Both the position numbers and the translations under genes were made by a program. The notes below the pieces were generated by a model. That model had not been told where the DNA came from. It searched no databases and saw only the letters and a list, made by a program, of their open reading frames with translations. Of a stretch of DNA of 64,000 bases, positions 48,901-60,581 are shown in pieces (the first letter of the stretch is position 1; the number at the start of each line of letters is the position of its first letter). The DNA is from Macrostomum hystrix (taxonomy: Eukaryota; Animalia; Platyhelminthes), in contig CATNEN010000038.1 of NCBI GenBank assembly GCA_950097015.1, forward strand, positions 25,172,001-25,236,000, written 5' to 3'.

Positions 48901-50313
48901 AATATCTCGACGATGTTTGTGAGAGATACAATTCAGACTACTGACAACAGTAGAAAAGCAAAGACTTGGCTGCAAAACTCTCACATAACACTAAAAAATA
49001 TAGCCATAAAAATGGCAAGCTTAAAAGAGACTTCTGTGCACACTAAGAGTGGTGGGAGAGGACGGCGTGTGGCTATGGCTGACTGACGAAGGCAAACAAG
49101 CCAGAAACCGGTCTCGGTCTGCCAGCGCGAGGTTCGTTCCCCACTTTTAGTGTGTTACAATGTTGACTCGGGACGGCTTTGAAAGTTAGTTCATCGTAAA
49201 GGGCGGAAAATGTTGATCCGTACGCAGTGGAATTTCACGATAATCGGTCATTCGGTTTGGAGCTATAGCGAAGTAGGCAGTACGGCAGTGGTCTTTTCCC
49301 ACGGGGGAAAATAGCATGGTTTTTCTAGTGTTAGGGTTTCAAAAGATGAGTAAAGGGTGTTAGACAGGCGTTTAAGGGTGTTAGGCAGGTGGCTATGGGT
49401 GTTAGGCAGGTGGCTATGGTTGTTAGGCAGGTGGCTATGGGTGTTAGGCAGGTGGCTATGGTTGTTAGGCAGGTGGCTATGGGTGTTAGGCAGGTGGCTA
49501 TGGTTGTTAGGCAGGTGGCTATGGGTGTTAGGCAGGTGGCTATGGGTGTTAGGCAGGTGGCTATGGGTGTTAGGCAGGTGGCTATGGGTGTTAGGCAGGT
49601 GGCTATGGGTGTTAGTCAGGTGGTCAAGGGTGTAAGACGGTTGGGTAACGGTATGGGTGTTAGACAGGCGTTTAAGGGTGTTAGGCAGGTGGCTATGGGT
49701 GTTAGGCAGGTGGCTATGGGTGTTAGGCAGGTGGTCAAGGGTGTAAGACAGTTGGGTAAGGGAATGGGTGTTAGGCAGGTGGTCAAGGGTGTAAGACAGT
49801 TGGGTAAGGGTATGGGTGTTAGACAAACGGAGAAGGGTATTAATCAGGAGTTAAAGGGTGTTTGACATGTGGGAAAGTGCGTTAGACAGGCGGGTAAGGG
49901 TGTTAGACAGGAGCTAAAGAGTGTTAGACATGTGGTAAGGATATTAGACATGTGGTTAATGGTGTTAGACAGGTGTGTAAGGGTGCTAGACAGTTAGCCA
50001 AGGATAGCTATAGGGCATCGTTTTTCATTCTTGTTGAACCAGGAAACATAAAAAAAATTCATGCCCAACGATCGGCAGAGAGTACGACGAACTGAACCGA
50101 CGAGCCGCTCGCACGGAGGAGAACCTCCGCCAGGAGCTGCAGGAGCGACTCGAGCTGATGTCCTCGCTAGCAGCCGACAAACGACGCCGGCTAGAGTCGG
50201 ACAAGGCGCGACGGCTGTCCGAGGCACGAATGGCAGCCCGACAGAGACAATCTGAGGCCACTGAGTACGCATTGACAGGCTGCAGCTCCAGTGATCATGA
50301 GAATCCTTATTGA
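42908..50313 (+). CDS. STE/MAP3K-like Ser/Thr kinase with long C-terminal coiled coil, 6 exons, about 639 aa
   Basis: Phase-consistent exons 42908-43246, 43668-44185, 44484-44726, 44894-45182, 48066-48361, 50079-50313. Motifs GAGGQARV, AAK, HRDVNCNN, DFG, GTVGFLAPE, SDVWAFG; E/R/Q/L-rich tail. Confidence 0.82.
43388..43620 (-). mobile_element. tRNA-derived CORE-type SINE (family B) in kinase intron 1
   Basis: tRNA-like head, then TTTGTGACCTTTAGCAGGACACTTAACTCT...AAATGGG, which resembles the MIR/CORE consensus. Confidence 0.8.
45255..45355 (-). mobile_element. tRNA-derived SINE head fragment
   Basis: GTAGCTCAGTAG...GGAGTTCGATTCTC next to the AGTCCATGGACT motif. Confidence 0.55.
45764..47552 (+). 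mobile_element. Full-length mariner (DD34D) DNA transposon in kinase intron 4
   Basis: 113-bp TIRs (45764-45876 / 47440-47552, one mismatch), TA on both sides, uninterrupted transposase. Confidence 0.97.
46229..47320 (+). CDS. Mariner transposase, 363 aa
   Basis: First ATG at 46229; HTH region, WVPKLL, TGDETW, HDNARPH, YSPDLAPAD; 34 residues counted between the last two catalytic Asp. Confidence 0.96.
   Translation: MDVRSKEGQRHAIHTLWSIGKSGQEIYHHLCSIHGAEAVSRMTVYRWVEQFESGRTNLADLPRPGRPSTPSSKALADRILDLLEEDCRMTVREIADRLDTPRSTVHLCLTNMNFVKLSARWVPKLLTADMRLQRQQTCQGNLNLVSQRGGWNQFRQLIVTGDETWVPHFDPPTKQESKVWTLKGSDPPLKARRETHCKKIMLSVFFDCNGPITIDFLEPNTMINADRYSSLLASLKADIQNKRRSGVKPVILHHDNARPHTAHQTMEAIKKLKFDLLPHPPYSPDLAPADFALFPQLKRHLRGRVHVSRDHLEQEVRRVLLHVIPRQIYADAIDHLFRRWEKCVQSGGNYVEKASLPDDDESY
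47555..47929. mobile_element. Palindromic MITE/foldback-like element
   Basis: About 120-bp near-perfect inverted repeats (47555-47675 vs 47808-47929) flanked by TA. Confidence 0.8.
48526..49326. mobile_element. Second, longer copy of the 19807-20270 repeat
   Basis: Shared blocks CAAAACATCGGCAT.GTCGAGATATTCAACGATTCT and GTTCATCGTAAA.GGCGGAAAAT...CCACGGGG. Confidence 0.65.
49355..49990. repeat. Minisatellite, 21-bp unit (GTTAGGCAGGTGGCTATGGGT)
   Basis: About 30 copies, degenerating 3'. Confidence 0.92.
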
Positions 50314-50359
50314 TTAGCTGGATAGCTCGTATTGCCTAAATTCTTATGTGCAATCTTGT

Positions 50360-50620
50360 ACTTCAACTGGACGCATGAGATTTTCTGGGGTGGCTGTTAT
50401 TAATGTACATTCGGGGCTAGAGATTTTCTGAGGTGGCTTTTGGAAAAGTACAGGCGTGGTTGGAGATGCTCAGGCTTGGCTGTCATCAATGTACATTCGG
50501 GGTTAAACATTTTCTCAGTTGGCTTCTAATGTACAGCCTGGGTTAGAGATTTTATGGGGGGCTGTTATCAATGTACATTCAGGTTATTATATTTTCTGGG
50601 GTGGCTGTTATCAATGTACA
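50360..50620. repeat. Degenerate tandem repeat of about 40 bp (ATTTTCTGGGGTGGCTGTTATCAATGTACA...)
   Basis: 6-7 diverged copies. Confidence 0.6.
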
Positions 50621-51788
50621 GTACGATCTTTAAAACTGTACTGAAATAAGCAAAAAAAGCGGAGAATTATGCAAAGAAAAATATTTTTAGGTTTAAAAAA
50701 TACACGCAGTATACTTTTTGAGATGCATGTACAAAAAACTATAAGTACATATATATATATTATATATATTATAATTTTTTTATTCAAAAGTGAACAGAGA
50801 AAAATAAAGAAAAAAACGGCAAACAGTACAAGTAATTTAAGCAGTTCACAGACTGACGCTACTAAGCAAGGCATTCACGCACATACTTTGAAGATACTTG
50901 TACTTGCACTTTTAGCGTAAAGTACACCAAATCACTAGTACAATATCGACAGTTATACTTTCTGTCTTTAAAAAATGATCTTTATTCGGTTCACGAATAA
51001 ATGATGATAACAAATGATTTTATTGATAACAAAAAACTCGAAAAATTCCGAATGCCTCTTTTTGATAAAAAAATATTTTCAAAGAAATTCTCTACCATCT
51101 CTTGGTAGCCTCACTGTTTAGACTAAGAAACGAATGGTTCCAAATTGTTTAAAAAATCATCAAATACCGTCAGCACCATTTCAAGTAAAGCATAATTTTG
51201 AAGCGAAAAAAGCAAGCGAAAAAATATTTCTATATTTTTAGATGAAGCTGAAAATGTGCGACTTATTACGCATTCGAACAAAAAAGTTAGTGATAAATTT
51301 ATTTCTGCGGACCCTACTATTTCAACATTTAGTAGTATACAACGCCTTGTCTGTTATTTTTTATTACAATCTTTAGAAGCATTTCAAATTTTCTGCGATA
51401 AAAACTAAACTATTTCAAAGAAAAAAACTATCAAAAAGACTAAAAAATAAATATATAATTATTTTCGCACTAAAACTATAGGTTCTCTAATGAATGCCAG
51501 AAAAAACTACTAAATCTAATTAAAAAAGAGAAGAAAAAAATAATTTGCTCAGGGCGGAACACTGGTTAAATAAGATATCACAAGCGAAAGAAAAACTATA
51601 CGATTGATTCTTAGCTAGTGAAAATCTATTTTTATAAACTGTTAACTCTCTTTACGAGAGACACTTTGAGATCTCACTCTACTACTAATAGTACTAAGCG
51701 AAAACAAGTCGTGCTTGTTTAAAAACTGAATTTTGATAGTTTGCACGATTCCATCGTCGCAGTTAGCTGTTAAAGAGAAAAGAAACAC

Positions 51789-53255
51789 TTAGAATCTGGT
51801 AAGAAGCGAGGACCGACCGTAGGTTCGTCCGCTGGCTCCGTTGGTCGATATGACAGCGGCGGTGGCGGCGGCAGAGGAGGCACTTGGCATCCACAGTCCG
51901 CTAGACTGCAGTTCATCTTTGTAGATATCCGGCACAAAGCCAACTGGACTACTAACCATGCGAACCGATTTAACACCGTACAGGCGCTCCTCGTAGTCGC
52001 ACAATTGACGCCAGAAACCGGCGTTGGGCCGAATGAAAGGCCTACGCTGACGACAGAGATCGTGAGCCTGTCTGAGGCTTAGATTGCGATATTTCATAAG
52101 GTAAGCCAGCACTAGAGTTGCTGAGCGAGACACCCCTGCCATGCAGTGCACCAGAACTTTGTTACCGCGTCGAACTTCAGCGTTGATGCGATCCGCAACC
52201 AGATCAAAATAGTTGCGAATGTTGGCGTAAGGCGTGTCATCAACTGGGACCTGGTTGTTGGCGATGTCAATTAACGAAAAGGATGCCAGGTGTATTTTAA
52301 ACGTTCAGAAAGAAATTGAGGGATAAGTGGCGTAGCAGATAGTTGTGATCTTAAGAGTGTCTACCGCGATATTTTGAAATCTGAGGATTATCTAGGGCCA
52401 TAGTTTGGGATCTGAGGATTATCTAGGACCATAGTTTGGGATCTGAGGATTATCTAGGGCCATCGTTTCAGATCAAAGGATTATCTAGGGCCATAGTTTC
52501 AGATCAAAGGATTATATAGTGAACATAGTTTAAGATCTGAGGATTATCTAGGGCCATAGTTTAGGATCTGAGGATTATCTAGGACCATAGTTTAGGATCT
52601 GAGGATTATCTAGGACCATAGTTTGGGATCTGAGGATTATCTAGGACCATAGTTTGGGATCTGAGGATTATCTAGGACCATAGTTTGGGATCTGAGGATT
52701 ATCTAGGACCATAGTTTGGGATCTGAGGATTATCTAGGACTAAAGTTTGGGATCAGAGGATTAATCTACAACCATAGCTTTGGATCAGATCAACATAATA
52801 AAATATTTCTGGATCTGACAAACCTGCAGTGTGTCAACGCCAGCTAGTCGAATCGGCGGCACGTCGATGGTGGCATTGACAACAAGTTTAATGCCGAGTG
52901 CCCGGAGGCGCGCATCGCGAACCGGATGGGCACTGCACAGGTACAGGTGATCGGTGATCTGGGCTACCTGACTAAAAATACCGGCGCTAGCCGATGAGTC
53001 GTAGGCGGCGCCGGCTGACGAAGCTGAAGATGCCGATGTTTCAAAGCCGCCGCTGCCAAATCTGGCACCGGCGCGGCCATTGCTAGTTGATATCGAAGAC
53101 GACGTCAGGCCACCACTGCTAGGGAATCTGCCGTATTGGGAATTTGTAGTGGAGTAACGATACTGGCTGCTAGAAGCCGGTGGTGGCATTGTTGACGAAT
53201 TGACACCGGCCGAATTGCGAGGTGCATACGGGAATCTAGACAAGTAACTGCTCAT
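51789..53255 (-). CDS. Atypical dual-specificity phosphatase (DUSP14/18/21-like), 2 exons, about 297 aa
   Basis: Exons 52824-53255 and 51789-52250 (phase 0); QITDHLYL, VPVDD, VHCMAGVSRSAT, AYLM, IRPNAGFWRQL. Confidence 0.93.
52378..52790. repeat. Intronic minisatellite, 31-bp unit (GATCTGAGGATTATCTAGGACCATAGTTTGG)
   Basis: About 13 copies. Confidence 0.92.
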
Positions 53256-53394
53256 TGTTGTCTATTTTCTTAATGTCTTTGAAACTAAAGTTACACACGC
53301 CAAATAGTCTTCCGAAATGGTTTAACTGTCAGCCAGTGGTTTCGTGTTTTTAGACTGAAAAAAAGATATAAGCCAGTTTTTATTTGTACTTAGA

Positions 53395-53612
53395 TGGTAA
53401 AGGCTTAACCGTTTTATAAATATTACGTCCATTTTGCTCGCTCCTAAGCAAACAGGTACACTGTATATACTGTATGGGGGCAGACCTTACACATATGTAT
53501 GTACATATGTTTTTCTCATAGTCAGGCAGTATAGACTTCACCATACTTTGGGTGTTTGCCCTGAAGGATGTAAACTGTAAACTGCACAAAAGGCCTCCAA
53601 GCCTTTGTGGCT
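53395..53612 (-). mobile_element. Old, degenerate SINE family A copy
   Basis: TTTTCTCATAGTCAGGCAGT and GCCTCCAAGCCTT blocks retained. Confidence 0.55.
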
Positions 53613-53736
53613 TATTAAAAATAATCAATATTTTTTAATTTAAATTGAACATGACTTGTTTTCAAAATAGAAATAAATAGTTAAAATTTCCAAAAAACCA
53701 ATACTTTATATGGTCAAAAAATTTATGTTAGTGTTA

Positions 53737-54380
53737 GGGTAATGTATCATCAACCAAACAGTGTATCTTCAAAATTGAACAAGAATTTTGACTCCTTCCT
53801 TGGTCTCATGCAAGACAGAAACAAGCTATTGTGTTTCACAGAACAACTAATTTGAAAGTTGAAGAAATTATCTACAAGCTGAGGCATGATGTGCAATGAA
53901 GCATTAAGAGGAAAGAAAGATATAGATGCTTCAGTAGAAATTTTTATTGCAAAAGCATACTTTTTAACAACATTTCTTCAGTATGTACTTTAGACAAAGA
54001 TTGTATGTGGTTGCTTGCCAATTAAATGACCATAAATATAGTTATTTATAGAACATAAAAAATGCTTTCAAATGACATAATTCATGATAGTTCACTCCTT
54101 AAAATAAGATTAAACCACTCAATCAAATTATAAAACCAAACATCAAATTCTCTGTTTGGTTTGAAGATACATGAAAATCATTGTTCGGTTTTAGATAAAA
54201 AGCAGGAATAACTTTTTGTTCTATTTGACAAAATAGCAAAAGCTGATACTTTTTAGAAAGATGTAACTGTTTTCTATAACTTGGCTTTTGATTTAGCATC
54301 ATATCTTAAATAGAAAATCTGCAGCTTAAGTTTGAAGTTAAAAAAATACACATTCTTGTTTGGTTGATGATACACTACCC
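53737..54380. mobile_element. MITE with 24-bp TIRs and TA target duplication
   Basis: ta|GGGTAATGTATCATCAACCAAACA ... TGTTTGGTTGATGATACACTACCC|ta; AT-rich non-coding interior. Confidence 0.85.
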
Positions 54381-57300
54381 TATAGGGTGAAAATAAGTAC
54401 AAAATTAGCTATTGTATCTTGCGTTAAAAATTTAAGCATTTTTCTAGAAAGTAAATTTGCTTTAATGTTTACAATAAATATTTGTTTTAATGCACCCGAA
54501 TGTTTGTTTTAATGCACCAGAATAAAAATGTGTTTGTTATAATAGCAGGCCTATAATAATTAGCCTATAAATACACACAAAAGAACTGAAGGAAGAGCAA
54601 CCTTGTTGAATGTGAAAACATTGTAAAAGACCTCAAGTTCAAATAAAATAAGTGTGTTCAAAACTAAATATTCAAAAGGAGTTTCCTAGAAGTTATTCAT
54701 TTCATATAAAAAATTCATTTCATACAAGAAAAGCTGTAATCCTTAGATCATTGATTATGCCCTCAAAGCGGACTGAATATTACAAACCAGATTAGCCTAA
54801 CCAGCTTAATGATAAATATATAATATTATGAATTATATGAAATAACTAAGTAACTAAAAACTCGGTCATTATATAAAAATGCTACTAAATGCAAACTTAA
54901 TACACTACCATTAAGAGTTAAAAGCTCATTTATAAGCATTATTTGCTTATATCTTGATATTTAGATTCAATAATATCAATATGTTGAAGATTGCAGTTAC
55001 TTAATTTAAAAAGCAAAAATTTGTGCAGCCAATTTGTAGGCAACAGCCAATTCCACTTTTCTGTAATGATCAGACTCTTGATGTTAGCCTAGCTGAGTCA
55101 GAGATTATTGAAATACCTACAAACAACGAACAAAAAACATCTTAAATTTAAAAAACACTTGTGAAAAAGCTTTAAGAATTTTTTTTCCAAATCTAAAAGT
55201 CTTACTTTATAACTTAACTGAAATATGAAGTCCAATTTTATTGTAAATGCTTAGATAGGCACAACTGTGAATTATTAATATAGTTGCATTGCACATTAAA
55301 AATCGTAAATAAGTCTAGGAGTTTTCTATCTCCTTGCTAACATATTTATTATTATTATTATTATTGCCTTTAAAAAATGCACAGAAACCGAAATTCCCAA
55401 AATAAGGAAAATAATATTACAAAATTACACAGATGCTAGCTAAGCCAGGTATTGATCTGAAACTGAATTAGCAAAAGCAAAATTGGCTCTCCAAAAGCAT
55501 GCAAGCATGCATGACGTCGAACTTAAGTAAGCAAGCAAGTATTTTTATTTTCTAAGACAACAAAATTTAATTTGTTTTTTTGCAACAGCATACTGAGATA
55601 CAGCACAGAATAACAAGTAATATAATCTTAAATTAAAAATTCGTTTATTTTGTCATTACTATTTGAAAATACAATTTAAAGTTAATTTTGAAGCTAAATG
55701 CCTGCTTTTACTGCATAGCGTAGAAATATTTATAGCTAGGCATTATACACCCCGTAAGATTCGTGTCAAAGTATCTGCATGAGATCTGTTTTCTGAGATT
55801 TGGGGTCTGAGATCTTGGATATGAGCTGGATTTTAATCCGCTTATAAAAACGCATACCATGATCATAAAAATCTCTCTATTCTCCTGATCGACTATATAG
55901 CAATTCAAACAATAATTAGGGATTGCCTGCTTAACACTAGGTCAAGGACTACTAAACAACACTACAAGGACTACTAAAAACAAGTGTTGTCCTTGCACTA
56001 GGTATAGAATAAGTTTTGTGATCTGTGGCTCGACCACTAGAAGACTCTAAAATATCGTCGTAAATTGGGTATACTAGAATTAGCTTTGCGTTTAAATTTG
56101 TGTGCAGAGGCGATAGGAAATATAATAATAGCCTATTTTTATCCTCCCGCTTGGCGCCCCCAGCGCCCCCTTTTAGCTAGTGTCCCCTTTCACAGCGCCC
56201 CCTCATAGTGATACTCTCAGCAGGGCGCCCTATTAGATATTTTATGTTGGCACAAATTTTAGCTCTCCTATACTAATTATTTAAGCCCTGACTGCATCCT
56301 GAAAGAAATAGATGTATCTGCGCCACTAGTGGCCCACATATATAGTTTACGCACCACACGAACAGTCTTATGATGCTCAGGGCAATAGTTGTCGCGGTGG
56401 CGCCACATGGTCTGTCTTGATCAATGCATTTTTAATGCTCGTATAATTTCTATACATTCAAACGTTAGTTATCTTCGAATTAGGAAATATAAAGTTAAGT
56501 TTGGCTAGTGTTACAGGGCTATTTTCTTTGTTACGTATTTATCTCAATGATGCCACCAAAGTTGTACCAGTTCTTTACTTCTTAAGCTAATTAATTATCT
56601 AATTTCATCGAATGCTACCAAAGTTGTTGCAGGGCAAAATTATTAATTAAGATCCCACCGCTGTTGACTTAATTTAATAGATATTTAACTGGCGGTCCTT
56701 AAATGGGCCGTTTTAACTTCTCAAATGGTAGCGTATATGTTTGCACGAGCGGTAATTAGGCAACTGTATGCATTTCCAGTCAATTAGGCGTCCCCGAGAT
56801 TAGAGTTTAGCAGTTTCCCTTCTGTAATATTCTTAGTATGATTCTGAGTATATTTCTCACTGCTATCTTCTCTTAAAATGAATAACACAATGCAACACTT
56901 CAAACTTCGAAATTTGCTTTAAAAACACAATAGGAATACTTATAAAAAACACACTTGAAACACACTTTAATTCAACTTCACAATTCACAGACTTAAAACA
57001 CTTCGAACCACTTTATACACTCTTTAAACAACTTAACTCAAACTACGACAGACTTACTACAACACTTACTACAACACTTCTTCAATACCAACTACAACAC
57101 ACTTACTACAATACACTTCTTTTTCCAAGGCACTCCTTTTATATCTTGAACAAACACTCTTAAAACCTTTATTTTTCTAGGTTAAAATTTGCGGCTATAT
57201 ATACACAGGGAATTTAGCGTTTGTTTTAATTCGCAATATTTTACATAATATTATTTACATGATAAAAAGTAAAACAAAATTATTTACATACAACATTACT

Positions 57301-57932
57301 TTTATTACGGTACGAAGATAAACAAAATATTTATTTTATGGCGAGTTTTTGAATTTTTATATATTTACTATAATGTGAGAAACGTATATACAAAACCTAT
57401 GAAACTAAAAATACACTGGCACACTAGGTATGTGAATATATTTTAATTGGAAAAGTATTGCTTTATCGAAGATCCATTCAACTGCCTCAGTGTTCTAGCT
57501 GTATATATTTTTATAGTCAGAAAGCTGAAAATTATTAATTTTCATTCTAAAAAGCGCTTAGCATTTGACAAAAGCTATACGATCAGAGTGTAATATCGGA
57601 GTGCATGTGTCAAATATGAGTCATCCACATTGACAGTAGCATGGGCCTTGCCTATTACTACTGCTCACCTAGCTAGCTATACCTGTATGCCTGTATCGCC
57701 AATTCACATTGGATGGGAAGCAGACAATTAAAATTTTGTTTTCCTGTTTCTTAGAAACCAAGCCAGTAATTAGTCAACAATAAAACGTACGAGTATATTA
57801 GAAGTATTTCTACAGCATCAACACGCTTTTTCTATCCCATTTGGTAGCACGGCATCGGAAACTACACAATCTTAATAGGCATTAAACGCACTGCACGCTA
57901 TACTCTCGCAGACATCGCTGCTATAATTAAAG

Positions 57933-58697
57933 ATGTTCGTCAAGCAATACAAATTTCATCTGCTTAACATCATCATAATCTACTGGTTTACAAGCCTTGG
58001 TGGCTTTGCTGAAAATCTCGACGGTATTTTCGGTTTCACAGACGGTTTCATTTGCATCAACAGTGACTACGTACAGAGCTATGACATTGCTCCGTCCATT
58101 GGCTACTGTGGACACCTGTGCCGTAACAATGAACGCTGCATTGCGTTCAGCCTAGTTGACGGTCCCTGCCAATTGTTTCTGTTCGACAAGTGCAGCAAGT
58201 CTGTTCGAATCTGCGGCTGCACCAAGCGTGGCCGAGTGTACATCAAGCAGCAGTCGGGACTCGAGCCTGGCGAATTGTGTCCTCCAGGCTACAGCAATGA
58301 TCTGTGCAGCGTGAAGTACAAGATTCATCCGGGATCGATCGACTGGTTCGCAGCTAGGCAGAAGTGCGAATCGGAGAAGGGCCTGGTGATCATGTCTGAT
58401 GTCAACGACCTGCCAGAAATGCAGCACATTGACGCTTTGTACACAGTTTACAACGTTGGCTTCTTCTTTCTGGGTGGATTTCAAACTCCGGGCAGTCCGG
58501 AGCCATACGGAGGCTACAACTGGGTTGCCTGCAACCAGACAGTCAATTCGACCTACTGGTCGCCAACGGATCCTCCAAACTATGCCGGTGTTGAAAATGT
58601 CATTGGCAAGCTAAACCCACAAGGCATCGCTGATTTTTTTTACGCCGACACAAATATTCGTGGCGTGCTTTGTGAGTGCCTGTCGCCGTTTAACTGA
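57933..58697 (+). CDS. Secreted PAN/Apple-like + C-type lectin domain protein, 254 aa, intronless
   Basis: Signal peptide; CGHLC...CIAFS...C.LF (PAN-like); CPPGY, WFAARQKCE, FFLGG, YWSPTDP, LCE (CTL fold). Confidence 0.85.
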   Translation: MFVKQYKFHLLNIIIIYWFTSLGGFAENLDGIFGFTDGFICINSDYVQSYDIAPSIGYCGHLCRNNERCIAFSLVDGPCQLFLFDKCSKSVRICGCTKRGRVYIKQQSGLEPGELCPPGYSNDLCSVKYKIHPGSIDWFAARQKCESEKGLVIMSDVNDLPEMQHIDALYTVYNVGFFFLGGFQTPGSPEPYGGYNWVACNQTVNSTYWSPTDPPNYAGVENVIGKLNPQGIADFFYADTNIRGVLCECLSPFN

Positions 58698-58889
58698 GCA
58701 CACCTTTTCCAGCTAACGAAAACTATAAATTCTTACCTTACCTTGTGTTCCCTTAACCATTTTAATAGACTTCACAAATAAATATTAGCTGTCACAAAAG
58801 CCGATCTTAATTTGTGTTTTCTTCTTTTACAAAGAGTCATGTCACTTTTTTAATACATATTTTAGCATATCGCCGACGACAGGATAAAA

Positions 58890-59155
58890 ACCTGTTAGAC
58901 CATTAAGAATTATGTTAGACAGAATGGAAACCTAATAGACAGTTTATAAACCTGTTAGACAGTTTATAAACCTGTTAGACAGTTTATAAACCTGTTAGAC
59001 AGTTTATAAACCTGTTAGACAGTTTATAAACCTGTTAGACAGAATGGAAACCTGTTAGACAGTTTATAAACCTGTTAGACAGTTTATAAACCCGTTAGAC
59101 AGTTTATAAACCTGTTAGACAGAATGGAAACCTGTTAGACAGTTTATAAACCTGC
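58890..59155. repeat. Minisatellite, 20-bp unit (AAACCTGTTAGACAGTTTAT)
   Basis: About 12 copies, each a small hairpin-like unit. Confidence 0.92.
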
Positions 59156-59577
59156 AAGATGAAAACAGTTTAGACAGGATACAAAAGTTTTTAGAGAATT
59201 TGGCAATTTGCTAGAAATTACAATCGACTTTTGGGTTTAAAAGACCAGGTACTAAGTGGAATATAGCCAAGGCTGAAACGGTATGTAAATTATTGACAAA
59301 CTTATCATGCAGGAAGTAATATATTATTCACTAATTGAAGTAATTTTGCAATTTGGCAAAAAAAAAACTTTTTAATTAAGCAATTTTTTCTGAAATTCAA
59401 CGGTAACAGTTTTTTGCGTTGCGAAGCGGTCGCTTTTCATACATGATGGTAAAGTTTTGGCCAGAAATATGATTGATTAAATTATATAAAAACTTGTTCT
59501 ATTGAGTTATTTCTTCAACTGATGCTATTAGGAAGCGGAGACATCTATGACAAAGACTTCAACAAAGAATTCTAACA

Positions 59578-59870
59578 TGCCATATTATCTGTTGGACACT
59601 GCCATATCATCTGTTAGACACTGCCATATCATCTGTTAGACACTGCCATATCATGTGTTAGACACTGCCATATTATCTGTTAGACACTGCCATATCATCT
59701 GTTAGACACTGCCTTATCATCTGTTCGACACTGCCTTATCATCTGTTAGACACTGCCATATTATCTGTTAGACACTGCCATATCATCTGTTAGACACTGC
59801 CATATCATCTGTTAGACACTGCCATATCATCTGTTAGACACTGCCATATCATCTGTTAGATACTGCATTA
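59578..59870. repeat. Minisatellite, 22-bp unit (GACACTGCCATATCATCTGTTA)
   Basis: About 13 copies. Confidence 0.93.
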
Positions 59871-60581
59871 TAAATAGGTAAACCAGTTAGACACAATTTT
59901 ACCTCTTGGACACAAGTTTTACCTGTTATAGATACAAGTTTGACCGGTTAGATTTCTTTTTTACCTGTTAGACTCTAGTCTTACTCTAAACTAAATACCT
60001 TTTATTGCGTAAGTATGTTAGTTATTATAAATGATAGAGAGAAAATATTAAATGATTTTGCATGAAAAATTAGAAAATGCTTTCATTCTACTTAAACTAG
60101 TAACACAACTAGATAAAAGTGCCAGAGCCATTGTAATAAAATGAATCTAAGTTAGACAACCACACTAATAAACCTTATTACTTTTTTTACCTATAATTCG
60201 CGTGTTTTTTATGTTCGAGTGGTAAGGTACGAAATTTATGAAGTAGCAGTAGTAGCGTAGCTAGTACCAACCTGATCTAAAATTAAACAACTCGTAGCTG
60301 CTGAGTGAAGTGCTCTTAAGTGCTGGTGTATGGTGACACCTTCTAGTAAAAGTAAAGCCATGTGAAATTTTAATTCCATTCCTAAAAGTGATTGCCCCAT
60401 GCGTGTCAAAAATTGCATCCTTCAACTTATCGCAAGTGTCACTTAGCACAGTTTTTCGAAGCTGTTTTCTACTCTCCGTGCTCAAATATAAAAACCTACT
60501 CTAAAAATATGATGTAGAGCTTGAAGTGTAAGCAAACTATTAGTTAAATCTATTATTAGGACATGTTTGCAAACGGGTTTG

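Noticed and set aside
49355-49990. Telomere-like TTAGG words in satellites
   Set aside because: Single words inside longer units, not (TTAGGG)n tracts.
60261-60485. Possible isolated minus-strand exon
   Set aside because: Weak acceptor, no recognisable homology and no partner exon found.
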